Of a stretch of DNA of 64,000 nt, positions 10,485-20,200 are shown piece after piece (position 1 is the stretch's first letter; each line of letters starts with the position of its first letter). The stretch lies in NCBI GenBank assembly GCA_048939765.1, contig JBHLPF010000007.1:28511-92510 (forward strand), in the 5' to 3' direction. The stretch is from Promethearchaeota archaeon (GTDB taxonomy: Archaea; Asgardarchaeota; Thorarchaeia; Thorarchaeales; Thorarchaeaceae). Position numbers and translations under genes: made by a program. Below the pieces are notes generated by a model, which ran no database searches, was not told where the DNA came from, and worked only from the letters and a program-made list of their open reading frames with translations.

Positions 10485-11381
10485 CTATTTGAACAGCTCA
10501 TGAAGGTGAATCTGATGCTCTCCCAGTTTTCCACCATAATTGCCTGCAGTCATCTTTGTGATGCCAGGATATTTGCAGACCTCTTCGATAGCGACCTTAG
10601 TGGCTTTGGCAACTGCTTCTTTAGTCAGGCCGTTGATCACTATCTCCTGCGCGAACTCACTGCCCTTTGGCATCATGGTATCAGGTACTAATGCACGCAA
10701 CGTTGGACAGAATTTCTCGTTTGTCGACGCAAAAAGAACCTTGTATCGCGATGATGGTTTGGATCCTGAGCCTACCAGCCCTCCAGGGAATGGCGTGTAG
10801 GCACCCTCAACCTTCTCTATAGCCTTGACTGCAGCTTTACCACTGTCCATGCCGCTCTTTACATCTTTGCAGGTGTAGATAATATTGCCGCCAGCAACTC
10901 CCTTCACACGGCCGAAGAGATTCTGCATGACACAGGTCCCGCTCATCCTTGGAATCAGCCATAGAACTCTTCCATCGATTGGACCCTTCTTGGTCTGATA
11001 GCCATCTCCAAACAATGATACCTTCTTCCCTATCTCATAGAGGTCCTTGGGATTAGGGGTGTCATCAAAGGCGCTCGCTGTTGGGCTTGTGAGAACGCAC
11101 TGACCTAGTCTGGCTAGCAATTGCGGCTCGAGTTTCTTCTTCGAACCAACTGCAAATATCACTCTGACGCCGGGTCGACCGTCTGGAGTTTCATCGGGTC
11201 CAAGCAAGTACTCAATTCCTGCCTCTGCGGGAGCCATAATCACTGAAGTGCCAAACCCTGTTGCCTCCAAGGCAGTCGTATAGGCCCACTCTTGATCATA
11301 GGCAGTAATGATGGTCCTGTTCATATGCATACTGAATGCTTCTGCAAATGTGTCCTCGATTGGTACACCGTTGATCTCCAT
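10485..11381 (-). CDS. ftr: Formylmethanofuran:tetrahydromethanopterin formyltransferase
   Basis: MEINGVPIEDTFAEAF, ETPDGRPG, GQCVLTSPT, GVAGGN, AGNYGGKLG; start refined to ATG 11381. Confidence 0.96.
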   Translation of the reverse strand: MEINGVPIEDTFAEAFSMHMNRTIITAYDQEWAYTTALEATGFGTSVIMAPAEAGIEYLLGPDETPDGRPGVRVIFAVGSKKKLEPQLLARLGQCVLTSPTASAFDDTPNPKDLYEIGKKVSLFGDGYQTKKGPIDGRVLWLIPRMSGTCVMQNLFGRVKGVAGGNIIYTCKDVKSGMDSGKAAVKAIEKVEGAYTPFPGGLVGSGSKPSSRYKVLFASTNEKFCPTLRALVPDTMMPKGSEFAQEIVINGLTKEAVAKATKVAIEEVCKYPGITKMTAGNYGGKLGEHQIHLHELFK

Positions 11382-11518
11382 CTCGCGCACCACTGTATTT
11401 GGTGTGAGTACGGGCAACACTTGTGCTATTTCTTTCTTACCTATTTAGGCAAGTCGGCCGTTCAGAGGTTTTAAGAGGAGGAAAGGATTCGAACATCGTC
11501 ATTAGGATGGTCTGACTC

Positions 11519-12373
11519 ATGACTGTGCATCTGAAGTTGACCAAGGAACCGGACATCCCTCTAGAAGCTGACACCATAACTCCGACCCATTTTGCAGGGA
11601 AGAGCGCTGCAGAGATAGGAAAGCTTCCAGTTCTTCAGGGAAATCAGACCTTTGAACTTGCGACCTTCTTTGATATCTCTGGAGATGCAGGTGCCACTGC
11701 CGACGAGACTGAGATTGTTGTGAGTGGCAATTTGAAAGATGTCAAGATGATAGGCAAGGGTATGAATGGGGGAAGAATCACCGTGGAAGGAGATGTTGGC
11801 ATGTATCTAGGTGCTGAGATGATAGCAGGCAGAATACACGTCAAGGGCTCCGTGGGCTCATGGGCCGCTGCAGAGATGGAGGGTGGAAACATCCAGATAG
11901 AAGGAGATGCTGGTGATTACCTCTGTGCCGGCTATCGTGGTAGTCCAGATGGGATGAAAGGAGGCAGGGTCTATGTCGCAGGTAATGTGGGACGCGAGAT
12001 GGGCGCCCATATGAGAAAGGGCTTCATCGCAGTGAAAGGCGATGTAGACACACTTGCAGGAGTCAGAATGAAAGGGGGAACAATCATAGTTGTAGGGAAT
12101 ATCGCAGACCGTCTTGGTGTTGAGGCCACGAAGGGTATGATATTCTGCCTAGGAAAGGTGGATTCGCTACTGCCCACCTACAAGTTCAGTGGCAGTTCTG
12201 AGAGAGAGTTCACGAACTACTACTTGAAATACCTGAAGTCGCGCAGACCAGACTTCATCAGTGAAGACCTGGACCTTGCTGAAAAATGGGCGAAGTTCAT
12301 GGGCGACTTTGCAGAGGGCGATCCGAAACAGGAGATCTATCTGCGTGAAACAGCAAATCAACACTTACTCTGA
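11519..12373 (+). CDS. fwdC: Formylmethanofuran dehydrogenase subunit C
   Basis: GXGXG beta-helix repeats (G..M.GG.I.V.G), GYRGSPDGMKGG. Confidence 0.93.
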   Translation: MTVHLKLTKEPDIPLEADTITPTHFAGKSAAEIGKLPVLQGNQTFELATFFDISGDAGATADETEIVVSGNLKDVKMIGKGMNGGRITVEGDVGMYLGAEMIAGRIHVKGSVGSWAAAEMEGGNIQIEGDAGDYLCAGYRGSPDGMKGGRVYVAGNVGREMGAHMRKGFIAVKGDVDTLAGVRMKGGTIIVVGNIADRLGVEATKGMIFCLGKVDSLLPTYKFSGSSEREFTNYYLKYLKSRRPDFISEDLDLAEKWAKFMGDFAEGDPKQEIYLRETANQHLL

Positions 12374-12385
12374 GGAGAGAGGAGT

Positions 12386-13357
12386 ATGAAAGATCCAAGC
12401 GTTAACGAGAAGGCACTAGAGATTGTCAAGGAGATGATGGATAGAAAGGACGAACTCAATTGTACTGTGACTGAGCAGGGTAATGGAGCTACCCTGATTG
12501 ACGCGGGTATTGATGTGTCCGGGGGAATTGAGGCTGGAAGACTCGTCGGGGAAATCTGTCTCGGAGGCCTTGGAACCGTTAGGATTGCCCACCAGCACGT
12601 TGGCGACATGACATTTCCTGCAGTGGTGGTCAGTACCGATCATCCTAGGATTGCGACCATGGGATCCCAATTTGCAGGATGGGCTGTTGATGTCAAAGGT
12701 GACGAGGGGAAGTATTTCGCAATGGGTTCAGGTCCAGCCAGAGCGCTTGCGGTAGTCGAGAAGAAGCTCTACAAGGAGCTTGACTACAAGGACGAGGCCA
12801 AGGTCGGTGTGATTGTGATTGAAACACGAACTCCACCTCCTGAGTTTGCAACCAATTTCATTGCTGAGAAATGTGGAATCTCATCATCAGACCTCTATTG
12901 TGTAATGACACCGACCGCTTGTGTTGCTGGTTCGGTGCAGATTTCAGCCAGGGTTGTAGAAGTGGGCGTACACAAGCTGCACGAGTTGAAGTTCGACCCA
13001 GCCAAGATTCGAGCCGGACATGGTGTTGCACCTATAGGGCCAGTAGCCAAGAACGACAATAAGGCGATGGGGGTCACAAATGACTGCATTCTATATGCTG
13101 GGCGTACGTTCTACTTCATCAGGCCAGATGAGGAGGATGCCCTTGCAGACCTGATAGAGAAGGCACCGTCTTCAGCATCTGAACAATACGGTCAGCCCTT
13201 CTTCAAGCTGTTCAAGAGTTTCGAGTTTGACTTCTATAAGGTCGATCCGCTTCTCTTCAGCCCTGCAGAAATCACCCTTAATGACATTGTCAAGGGCAAG
13301 ACCTACAAAGCAGGGTACGTGAATGCAGAGGTTCTGAAACAATCATTTGGAATGTAG
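12386..13357 (+). CDS. mch: Methenyltetrahydromethanopterin cyclohydrolase
   Basis: SVNEKA, IDAGIDVSGG, GSQFAGW, GSGPARAL, TNDCILY, DFYKVDPLLFSPA. Confidence 0.96.
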   Translation: MKDPSVNEKALEIVKEMMDRKDELNCTVTEQGNGATLIDAGIDVSGGIEAGRLVGEICLGGLGTVRIAHQHVGDMTFPAVVVSTDHPRIATMGSQFAGWAVDVKGDEGKYFAMGSGPARALAVVEKKLYKELDYKDEAKVGVIVIETRTPPPEFATNFIAEKCGISSSDLYCVMTPTACVAGSVQISARVVEVGVHKLHELKFDPAKIRAGHGVAPIGPVAKNDNKAMGVTNDCILYAGRTFYFIRPDEEDALADLIEKAPSSASEQYGQPFFKLFKSFEFDFYKVDPLLFSPAEITLNDIVKGKTYKAGYVNAEVLKQSFGM

Positions 13358-13429
13358 TACCGGGTACACATTTCACATGCAGCAGCAAACAGATAGTAGG
13401 GAGCAGATTTGATGCAAGAATGAACGAGT

Positions 13430-14194
13430 ATGCCAGCTGAGAGAATTCTGGGTGCCTTAATAATCAACGTCCGCATGGAAGTTTGTCCATATCAAGGAGT
13501 TCCGATAACTTTGCAGACTATTCTGGATCCAACAGTAATCTCTAGTCTAACGACTGCTTTCCTATCTTTCTGCTTATCCACTTACCTCTATTTTCTGTGG
13601 AGAAGACAAGAGAATAGGCTCTATACTGACCTTCCATTGATGTTCAGTATAATCTTCATCAGCTCAGCAGTAAGCCAAGTGCTTCAGGCCTTGCCTTTGC
13701 TGGGCGTAATCGGAGATTCTGTTGAGATGTTTCGTATACGTGCCTTTGTAGTATTGGTGATGGTGATACCTATGGTGGTCGTGCTGCTGAGCATTCTGGC
13801 CCCTAGGTGGAGAAGGCATCACAACAAGATCACCGCAGCATCTGCTATGTATTGGATTGCTGCTACATTTCTTGGCACAAGCCGAGAGCAAATCATGACG
13901 CTCGTAATTCCCTTTTTGTTGGTACTTATGGTAGGCTGGCTTGTTATGTTCACCATAACTTGGAAAACTGGTCGATTGAAAGAAGTTCGAAGCGACCTCA
14001 TGGTGTTTGCAACCATTCTTTCCCTCATTAGTCAGGGTGGAAAAGTCGCTATGATGGCCATGGGGATAGGCTTTGTCGCAGACATGATTACGGCGATAAG
14101 TGTCATTACCTATACAGTTGCTATGGTGAACCCATGGTACAAACGGCAACAACCTTCTGCTGATTCTATTGAAGTAGCAACAGCAATGTACTAG
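13430..14194 (+). CDS. Hypothetical integral membrane protein, about 7 TM helices
   Basis: Seven hydrophobic segments counted by eye; real start may be TTG 13511. Confidence 0.7.
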   Translation: MPAERILGALIINVRMEVCPYQGVPITLQTILDPTVISSLTTAFLSFCLSTYLYFLWRRQENRLYTDLPLMFSIIFISSAVSQVLQALPLLGVIGDSVEMFRIRAFVVLVMVIPMVVVLLSILAPRWRRHHNKITAASAMYWIAATFLGTSREQIMTLVIPFLLVLMVGWLVMFTITWKTGRLKEVRSDLMVFATILSLISQGGKVAMMAMGIGFVADMITAISVITYTVAMVNPWYKRQQPSADSIEVATAMY

Positions 14195-14267
14195 CATTCA
14201 GTGCTGCTGTGGAGGTTCCTCCAGATTTCGAGGAATCTCTTTCCCATTTTTCGGTCTTTAAATTCCA

Positions 14268-15251
14268 ATGATAGGACACTCAACTGGTAGCGATACAACA
14301 CTAGAGGTATCTCAAATGACAATTACTGAAATTGCTCAGGAGACACAAGGCAAGGAACAGACTTCTGAGCACCCTCTCTCAAAGATCGGGCTTTTGCCCC
14401 TTGCTGGGCTGCTTTTCCTTGTAGCGGTAGTCTGGCGAATCGTAGACATCTTTGTCCTCGGCTTGGGGGACACCTGGATAAACATCATGCCCTCCAAGCT
14501 GTTCCCATTGCTAATTACTGCTGGAGTGTTTTGGAAATACAGAAGGACAGAGTTCAGTTCTGTTCTAGGTCTGGCAAAGGGACCCTATTTCAGAACCCAA
14601 ATTGTGCTGGGAATTGGCATCTTTGCGGCATGGCACCTCATGTTGAATGTGTTTCCCAAGATCATCTATGGGGTAATGGATCCGACCTACAATGTTTCCT
14701 TCGTGATTCTCAATGTGGATATTCTATGGTACTTGTTCCTCTTCTTCCTCACAAATGGATTCCTAGAAGAGGTCCTTTTCAGAGGCCTTCTGCAGAACTC
14801 TTTCAGAGGGAAGACATCGACCTTTGGTGCAATTTCTCTTTCCGGACTGCTGTTTGGCGTATGGCATGTGACTTGGCCAATAGTGAATGGACTCGACAGC
14901 GGGTTCTCTGTTGGACAGGCGATCTCGCTTGTGGTATTCTCTACGATTTTCGCATTATTCTATGGCTATTACTATGAGAACTTCTCGAGTCGTCGCACTC
15001 TAGTTGGGACCATAACAGCACACACATTCATGAATTTCATCAACGAAAACTTCAAGGTAGGTTCAGACCCGCTTGTACAGGGTCCGGACTATTTCTACGG
15101 GTCACCGATTCTACTGGGTCTGACAATAGGTATGTTCCTGCTCACTTTCATTGTGCTAACATTCGCGGCATACAAGTACCGCATCGAGGACGTACAGAAG
15201 CACTGGCATCGGATCACAGACTGGTGGACTGGACTGAGAGCAAATGAATAA
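14268..15251 (+). CDS. CPBP (Abi/CAAX protease II) intramembrane metalloprotease
   Basis: EEVLFRG, FGVWH, AHTFMN motifs. Confidence 0.9.
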   Translation: MIGHSTGSDTTLEVSQMTITEIAQETQGKEQTSEHPLSKIGLLPLAGLLFLVAVVWRIVDIFVLGLGDTWINIMPSKLFPLLITAGVFWKYRRTEFSSVLGLAKGPYFRTQIVLGIGIFAAWHLMLNVFPKIIYGVMDPTYNVSFVILNVDILWYLFLFFLTNGFLEEVLFRGLLQNSFRGKTSTFGAISLSGLLFGVWHVTWPIVNGLDSGFSVGQAISLVVFSTIFALFYGYYYENFSSRRTLVGTITAHTFMNFINENFKVGSDPLVQGPDYFYGSPILLGLTIGMFLLTFIVLTFAAYKYRIEDVQKHWHRITDWWTGLRANE

Positions 15252-15311
15252 GATTTGATGACCGTTTCCGTGTCCTTTATCTGTTGAAGGAAATCTGAAG
15301 CCCCGATTGGA

Positions 15312-15590
15312 ATGAGAGTCGAGATACGATTTCGAGGTCCTCTTGCATCCAAGAGGGGCATGCTTGTCTTTAATGTAGAGATAGAAGAAGGGGCCAGTCT
15401 CGAAAGGACTCTCAAGAGCCTCTTAAGCTCGGAAGAAGCAGTGGAAAGGGTCTGGGTAGATACCGAAAAAATGGACCGTGAAGCACTGATTCTAAGAAAC
15501 GAGGCTGATGTAGGCCTTATGGGCGGTCTTGCCACTGTGCTAGAAGATGGCGACAAGATTGTGATATTACCACTGGTACACGGGGGTTAA
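15312..15590 (+). CDS. Urm1/SAMP-like ubiquitin-fold sulfur carrier
   Basis: Beta-grasp pattern ending LEDGDKIVILPLVHGG. Confidence 0.88.
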   Translation: MRVEIRFRGPLASKRGMLVFNVEIEEGASLERTLKSLLSSEEAVERVWVDTEKMDREALILRNEADVGLMGGLATVLEDGDKIVILPLVHGG

Positions 15591-16114
15591 ACAAATCCCG
15601 CTCCAGCCCTGATCGCTTCGATATCAAGTCGTTGTGCTTTTGATTCTATGTGATCCTTCAGTGAGTTTTCAAGAGCCTTGACAGGAAAGATTTCGGATTT
15701 TTTCACTAGAGCACCTAGCATGACCATATTTGAAACAAGACGCAACCCCATATTGTCAGCCGTCTTCATGGCGGGAATGCTGACTATCTCAAAGTCATCT
15801 CCGGCCTCTTTGGGATTGACTAGGTCCGGATCTATCAGCAGGACTCCTCCTTTCTTGGCTCCTGAGAGGTACAGCTCAAAGGCCTTCTGTGACATCAGAA
15901 CACTGTAGTCTGCCTGGCGAACCTTTGGATAGCGTATTTGCTCATCACTGATGATTACTTCGCTCTTTGCTGCTGTTCCCCTAGCCTCTGAGCCATAGCT
16001 CTGCGTCTGAACGGATTCAAGACCAGCATGAACGACCGCAGCATGCCCCAGAATGACTCCAGCAAGCACAACACCCATACCACCAGTGCCAGCAATACGG
16101 AACTCTTTCCTCAC
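15587..16114 (-). CDS. korC: 2-oxoacid:ferredoxin oxidoreductase gamma subunit
   Basis: AGTGGMGVVLAG, QSYGSEARG, NMVMLG. Confidence 0.9.
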   Translation of the reverse strand: MRKEFRIAGTGGMGVVLAGVILGHAAVVHAGLESVQTQSYGSEARGTAAKSEVIISDEQIRYPKVRQADYSVLMSQKAFELYLSGAKKGGVLLIDPDLVNPKEAGDDFEIVSIPAMKTADNMGLRLVSNMVMLGALVKKSEIFPVKALENSLKDHIESKAQRLDIEAIRAGAGFV

Positions 16115-16125
16115 CGCATCTCATC

Positions 16126-16959
16126 TCACTGACTGGTAATCTGCCTCAGAGACTCTAGAAAGGATGGTTCAGTTCGGTCGGCAAATACACCAAGATCTAT
16201 TGTGTTGTGTTTGGGGGTGCGATACTCTATTGGGTCATCCTTCTTCCGAACTGGCAATTCTTTCATCCATTTCAGCATCTCGACAGGCCCACCAGCCTTC
16301 GTCCTCCGACCATACGCAGTAGGACATTGGCTAAGCATTTCTACAAATGTGAAACCCTTCCGTTCTAGGGCTGTTTTCATTGCTCTTGCTGCCTGAAACG
16401 GATGAGCAGTGGTCCATCTTGCAACGTAGTTGGCTCCCGCCGCAGCTACCAATCGAGCAATGTCGAACGGGCGCTCTGGGTTACCATATGGTGTTGTACT
16501 TGTTCGGTCACCAGTGAAAGTTGTAGGTCCAACCTGCCCACCAGTCATTCCATATATCCAATTGTTTGAGCAAATGACGGTCAGGTCCATGTTGCGACGA
16601 GCAGCATGAATAAGATGGTTCCCGCCAATTGCAGCCAGGTCGCCGTCACCGCTTATCACAACGACCTCTTGCTCAGGTATCGCCAGCTTCAGACCAGTTG
16701 CAAATGCGATAGCACGGCCATGAGTTGTATGCAGAGTGTCCGCGCGGAAATGCGGAGAAACAATCCAAGCGCCACAACCAATGCCTGAAACAAAGGCGAA
16801 CTTGCTAAGGTCTTCATGGCCTAGGTCCTTGACTGCCTTAAGGAACGCTGAGCCTGTTTCCATATTCCCGCATCCAGGGCAGAATGGGTCAGGCAGGCAC
16901 TCTTCACGTAGGAATTGTCGGGCGAAGTGCTTATTGGTGACGGTCAAGTTTCTCACCAA
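16126..16959 (-). CDS. korB: 2-oxoacid:ferredoxin oxidoreductase beta (TPP-binding) subunit
   Basis: FCPGCG, SGIGC, HTTHGRA, GDGD..IGGNH, YGMTGGQ. Confidence 0.92.
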   Translation of the reverse strand: MVRNLTVTNKHFARQFLREECLPDPFCPGCGNMETGSAFLKAVKDLGHEDLSKFAFVSGIGCGAWIVSPHFRADTLHTTHGRAIAFATGLKLAIPEQEVVVISGDGDLAAIGGNHLIHAARRNMDLTVICSNNWIYGMTGGQVGPTTFTGDRTSTTPYGNPERPFDIARLVAAAGANYVARWTTAHPFQAARAMKTALERKGFTFVEMLSQCPTAYGRRTKAGGPVEMLKWMKELPVRKKDDPIEYRTPKHNTIDLGVFADRTEPSFLESLRQITSQ

Positions 16960-17092
16960 GTCGGATGTCGGAGTCAGAGACTAATAACACATTCTCTAGG
17001 GAAGCACTTTGTATTCTGTCAAAGCATCACGCTTAAAACGACATGGCAAGACGCCTTGTTTCGCAGAGATTACACTCTAAGGTGATATTAGA

Positions 17093-17521
17093 ATGTCAGA
17101 TGTCGCAGCAATGCGTGCCTTTAACCGCGAGCTGGCCTCGGTTATCGGTGCGACAGTAGAAGTTGTCATCAATACTGGTGACACATATATCGGTACTCTG
17201 AGAGGCATTGATCAGAATACTCTGAGTATAGTTCTTTCAGATGTTGAGTCAAAGAAGGGTCCAATTCCCAGAATATTCCTCTATGGCACCAGCATTGTTT
17301 CATTCTCAGTTGCAGAGAGAGAGGTCAGTCTTGAGGGCCTTGTGAAGGAGCTTGAGAAAGCATTCCCACCCGGTGGTGTGCAGTACTTCGCTGAGCAACC
17401 ATTGATCCTCGTCATGAACAAGATCAGGATTACCCCTGAAGGCGTCGATGGAACGGGTCCACTCTATGAGCGTGTGGCACAGATTGCTGATGAATGGTTC
17501 AAGGAACATGGACTAGACTAG
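17093..17521 (+). CDS. Sm-like RNA-binding protein with C-terminal extension (SmAP3 type)
   Basis: Sm1/Sm2 pattern (Y.GTLRGID..TLSIVL; IFLYG) plus about 65-aa C-terminal domain. Confidence 0.8.
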   Translation: MSDVAAMRAFNRELASVIGATVEVVINTGDTYIGTLRGIDQNTLSIVLSDVESKKGPIPRIFLYGTSIVSFSVAEREVSLEGLVKELEKAFPPGGVQYFAEQPLILVMNKIRITPEGVDGTGPLYERVAQIADEWFKEHGLD

Positions 17522-17618
17522 TTTACAATATGTGAATACATGACATGCTGAAGAGCTTATCAGTCCATACTAGTCCAAACTAGGTTCTCTGCTGCGACTC
17601 TGGACTATTCACATTCCT

Positions 17619-18887
17619 TCATAGGATTCTTCGTAGACCAAGTTCTTTCAGGTCCTTTTGAGTTTCCTCAGGCGGCTTGCGCTGCATCAGTTTCCTTTCA
17701 AGAGGCTTTAGTCGATCCTCCCATGAAGGGCGTCCTGTGATGGGTGGCACCTTTCCGAAGTCTCGTGCTTTCTGGGAAGCTGATTTTGTAGCAGTGGCGC
17801 TCACATGCGATGCCAGTATACCGAGTTCTGAAAGACGCGCTTTTCCAAGCAACTTTGATGCAGTGGATTCCTCCTTTGACCGTGGTAGTAACTGTGGGCT
17901 TTTTACGCCAGTAAGAATCAACATGACTCGTAGTACTCCACTCAGGCGGGGGTCGACTCGTGCCCCCCAGATTACATTCGCATCCGTGCTCATCTTCTCT
18001 GATACTAGCTCTCCAACCTTGTTTGCCTCAGCCAGGGACATATCTGGACCGCCAGTAATATGTATCAGAGCCCCAGTCGCTCCAGTCCACTCTACTTCGA
18101 GAAGGGGACTATTCAGAGAGTTTCGTATCGCCTCATTCGCTCTGTCTGACCCAGTGGCTTCTCCAAGGCCAACAAGTGCTACGCCACCGTTACAGATTAT
18201 TGAACGGACGTCTGCATAGTCGAGATTGATTAGACTGGGCATTGTGATGGTCTCGGTGATTCCTTTCACCATATTTGCAAGGACCTCGTCAGCGACTCCA
18301 AATGCTTCCTCAAGCGGCAGGTCAGGCACTAGCTCCATGAGTTTCTGATTGTCAATCACCACCGCTGTGTCAACATTCTCTTGGAGACGCGCAAGACCAG
18401 CTGTTGCTTTATCAATGCGGGTCCGTTCCAAGCTGAATGGCATTGTGATGACCCCGACAACAATGGCATCATTCTTCTTGGCAATCTCAGCAATTACAGG
18501 TGCACTTCCGGTTCCTGTGCCACCACCCATCCCTGCAGCAATGAACACAAGGTCCGCATCACGTAGAAGCTCAGTAAGCTGATGTGTAGATTCCTCGGCA
18601 GCAGCCTGACCCACGTGGGGATATCCTCCGGCACCAAGACCACGTGTGATTCGCTCACCTATCAAGAGCTTTCGATGAGCTGTGGTCACAGCAAGGTGCT
18701 GGCGGTCTGTGTTGATGGCAACGCACTCGGCGCCTTGGACTCCGATCGTCATCAGCCGCTTCACTGTATTATTTCCTGCACCACCACAACCAACCACTAC
18801 AATCCGTGCCTGACCCATGTCACGTTGAGGAAAACCGCTCCTTTCAACGCGACTGTGTTCTCTAGCTGAATCGATCAGTGATTTCAT
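17619..18887 (-). CDS. ftsZ: Cell division protein FtsZ (FtsZ2-like, long C-terminal tail)
   Basis: [18 protein letters not shown]7 loop LINLDYADV; downstream of an RHH gene. Confidence 0.96.
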   Translation of the reverse strand: MKSLIDSAREHSRVERSGFPQRDMGQARIVVVGCGGAGNNTVKRLMTIGVQGAECVAINTDRQHLAVTTAHRKLLIGERITRGLGAGGYPHVGQAAAEESTHQLTELLRDADLVFIAAGMGGGTGTGSAPVIAEIAKKNDAIVVGVITMPFSLERTRIDKATAGLARLQENVDTAVVIDNQKLMELVPDLPLEEAFGVADEVLANMVKGITETITMPSLINLDYADVRSIICNGGVALVGLGEATGSDRANEAIRNSLNSPLLEVEWTGATGALIHITGGPDMSLAEANKVGELVSEKMSTDANVIWGARVDPRLSGVLRVMLILTGVKSPQLLPRSKEESTASKLLGKARLSELGILASHVSATATKSASQKARDFGKVPPITGRPSWEDRLKPLERKLMQRKPPEETQKDLKELGLRRIL

Positions 18888-19069
18888 TGCCCTACGACCT
18901 CGCCAGCGCTAACACTACTCTTCATGCTGCGCTCCCAAAGCTCACGCTTGAGTAGATCCCTAATTGCGATTCTTATGGCTTCAGAGCGATTGGGATAGAG
19001 CCCACGATTCACCAATCGTTGAATGTCTTCGATTATCCTCTCGGGGAGGTGCACAGCGATGAGACGCAT
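18884..19069 (-). CDS. cdrS: Ribbon-helix-helix (CopG) regulator, CdrS-like
   Basis: GLYPNRSEAIRIAIRDLL; overlaps the ftsZ start as in the conserved archaeal cdrS-ftsZ2 locus. Confidence 0.85.
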   Translation of the reverse strand: MRLIAVHLPERIIEDIQRLVNRGLYPNRSEAIRIAIRDLLKRELWERSMKSSVSAGEVVGQ

Positions 19070-19196
19070 TACTAGACCTCTATAAAGAGAGTCTAATCTC
19101 GAGATATGAATGTGGATATTACTCTGGTGTTAGATTCCCGGAGCGTTGGAGGACTAAAAAGAAAGGTTGGAGAAGAGGTCTAGCCTCCTCTCAGTT

Positions 19197-19916
19197 CTAC
19201 TTCTTGCGGCCTGTACGTCTGGCTGCAATGTTTCCCACCTTGCGGCCAGGAGGAGCATGTCTGCTCACGGTCGTGGGCCTACCAGGGGACTGATGCGAAC
19301 CACCACCGTGTGGGTGGCTAGCTGCATTCATGGCAGCACCACGCGTCACCGGCCACTTACGAGCTTTGCCTCGAACATGATGCCAGACAGCACCAGCCTT
19401 GAGGAACGGTCTCTCTGTCCTTCCCCCGCCGGCCACTATTCCAATGGTTGCTCTGCATCTTGGACTAAACGCCTTCTGCTTGCCGCTCGGCAGGCGTACC
19501 ATAGCCTTAGACTTGTCAATCGATACGATTGTTGCAGTCAGTCCAGAGGAACGGACATATTTGCCACCGTCTCCAGGATTGCCCTCGATATTGTAGACGG
19601 GTGTGCCTTCTGGAATGTGTTGAAGCATCATAGTGTTGCCGTTTTGCAATGCTGCATCCTCGCCACACTCAACAATCTGACCTACCTGAACACCCTCAGG
19701 AGCTATCATATAGTGAACCCTAGATTCTCCCTCATACTTGACTTGTGCCAAAGGAGCACCCCGACCAGCCTCATGTTGTAGGTCTATGACTTTACCGACG
19801 TAGGTCTTCTCTGGCGCCCACTTGGGGTGCCTAGCTGGTGCAATCTTCTTATGACTTGGACTCCTCCACTGAGTTGTGCCTCTTCCCTTTCGTTGCACGA
19901 GTACCCGTTTACCCAT
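19197..19916 (-). CDS. rpl2: 50S ribosomal protein uL2
   Basis: MGKRVLVQRKGRG, HPHGGG, PPGRKVGNIAARRTG. Confidence 0.98.
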   Translation of the reverse strand: MGKRVLVQRKGRGTTQWRSPSHKKIAPARHPKWAPEKTYVGKVIDLQHEAGRGAPLAQVKYEGESRVHYMIAPEGVQVGQIVECGEDAALQNGNTMMLQHIPEGTPVYNIEGNPGDGGKYVRSSGLTATIVSIDKSKAMVRLPSGKQKAFSPRCRATIGIVAGGGRTERPFLKAGAVWHHVRGKARKWPVTRGAAMNAASHPHGGGSHQSPGRPTTVSRHAPPGRKVGNIAARRTGRKK

Positions 19917-19928
19917 ATCATAACCTCC

Positions 19929-20189
19929 TTAGAATATCCCGAGGTTAGTTGCAACCTCTGCGGCACTGTATTCAGGTGCCAGACGCACGAATGCCTTCTT
20001 CTTTCCATCAGGCAGTATCAACGTGTTGACGCTATCCACTACCACATCGTAGAGGGATTCCACAGCCCATCGAATGGTAGTCTTGTTGGCTCTCCGGTCA
20101 ACATAGAAGGTGAGCTTGTTATGACTGTCAACAGCCTCTAGGCTTGCTTCTGTGACCACTGGTCGAATAATGACTTGATTCGGATCCAT
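19929..20189 (-). CDS. rpl23: 50S ribosomal protein uL23
   Basis: NKLTFYVD, VNTLI..GKKKAFVRL. Confidence 0.97.
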   Translation of the reverse strand: MDPNQVIIRPVVTEASLEAVDSHNKLTFYVDRRANKTTIRWAVESLYDVVVDSVNTLILPDGKKKAFVRLAPEYSAAEVATNLGIF

Positions 20190-20200
20190 CTCATCTCACC

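Noticed and set aside
10485-13357. ftr/fwdC/mch as evidence of methanogenesis
   Set aside because: No mcr or mtr genes in the window; these H4MPT genes are expected in Asgard Wood-Ljungdahl metabolism
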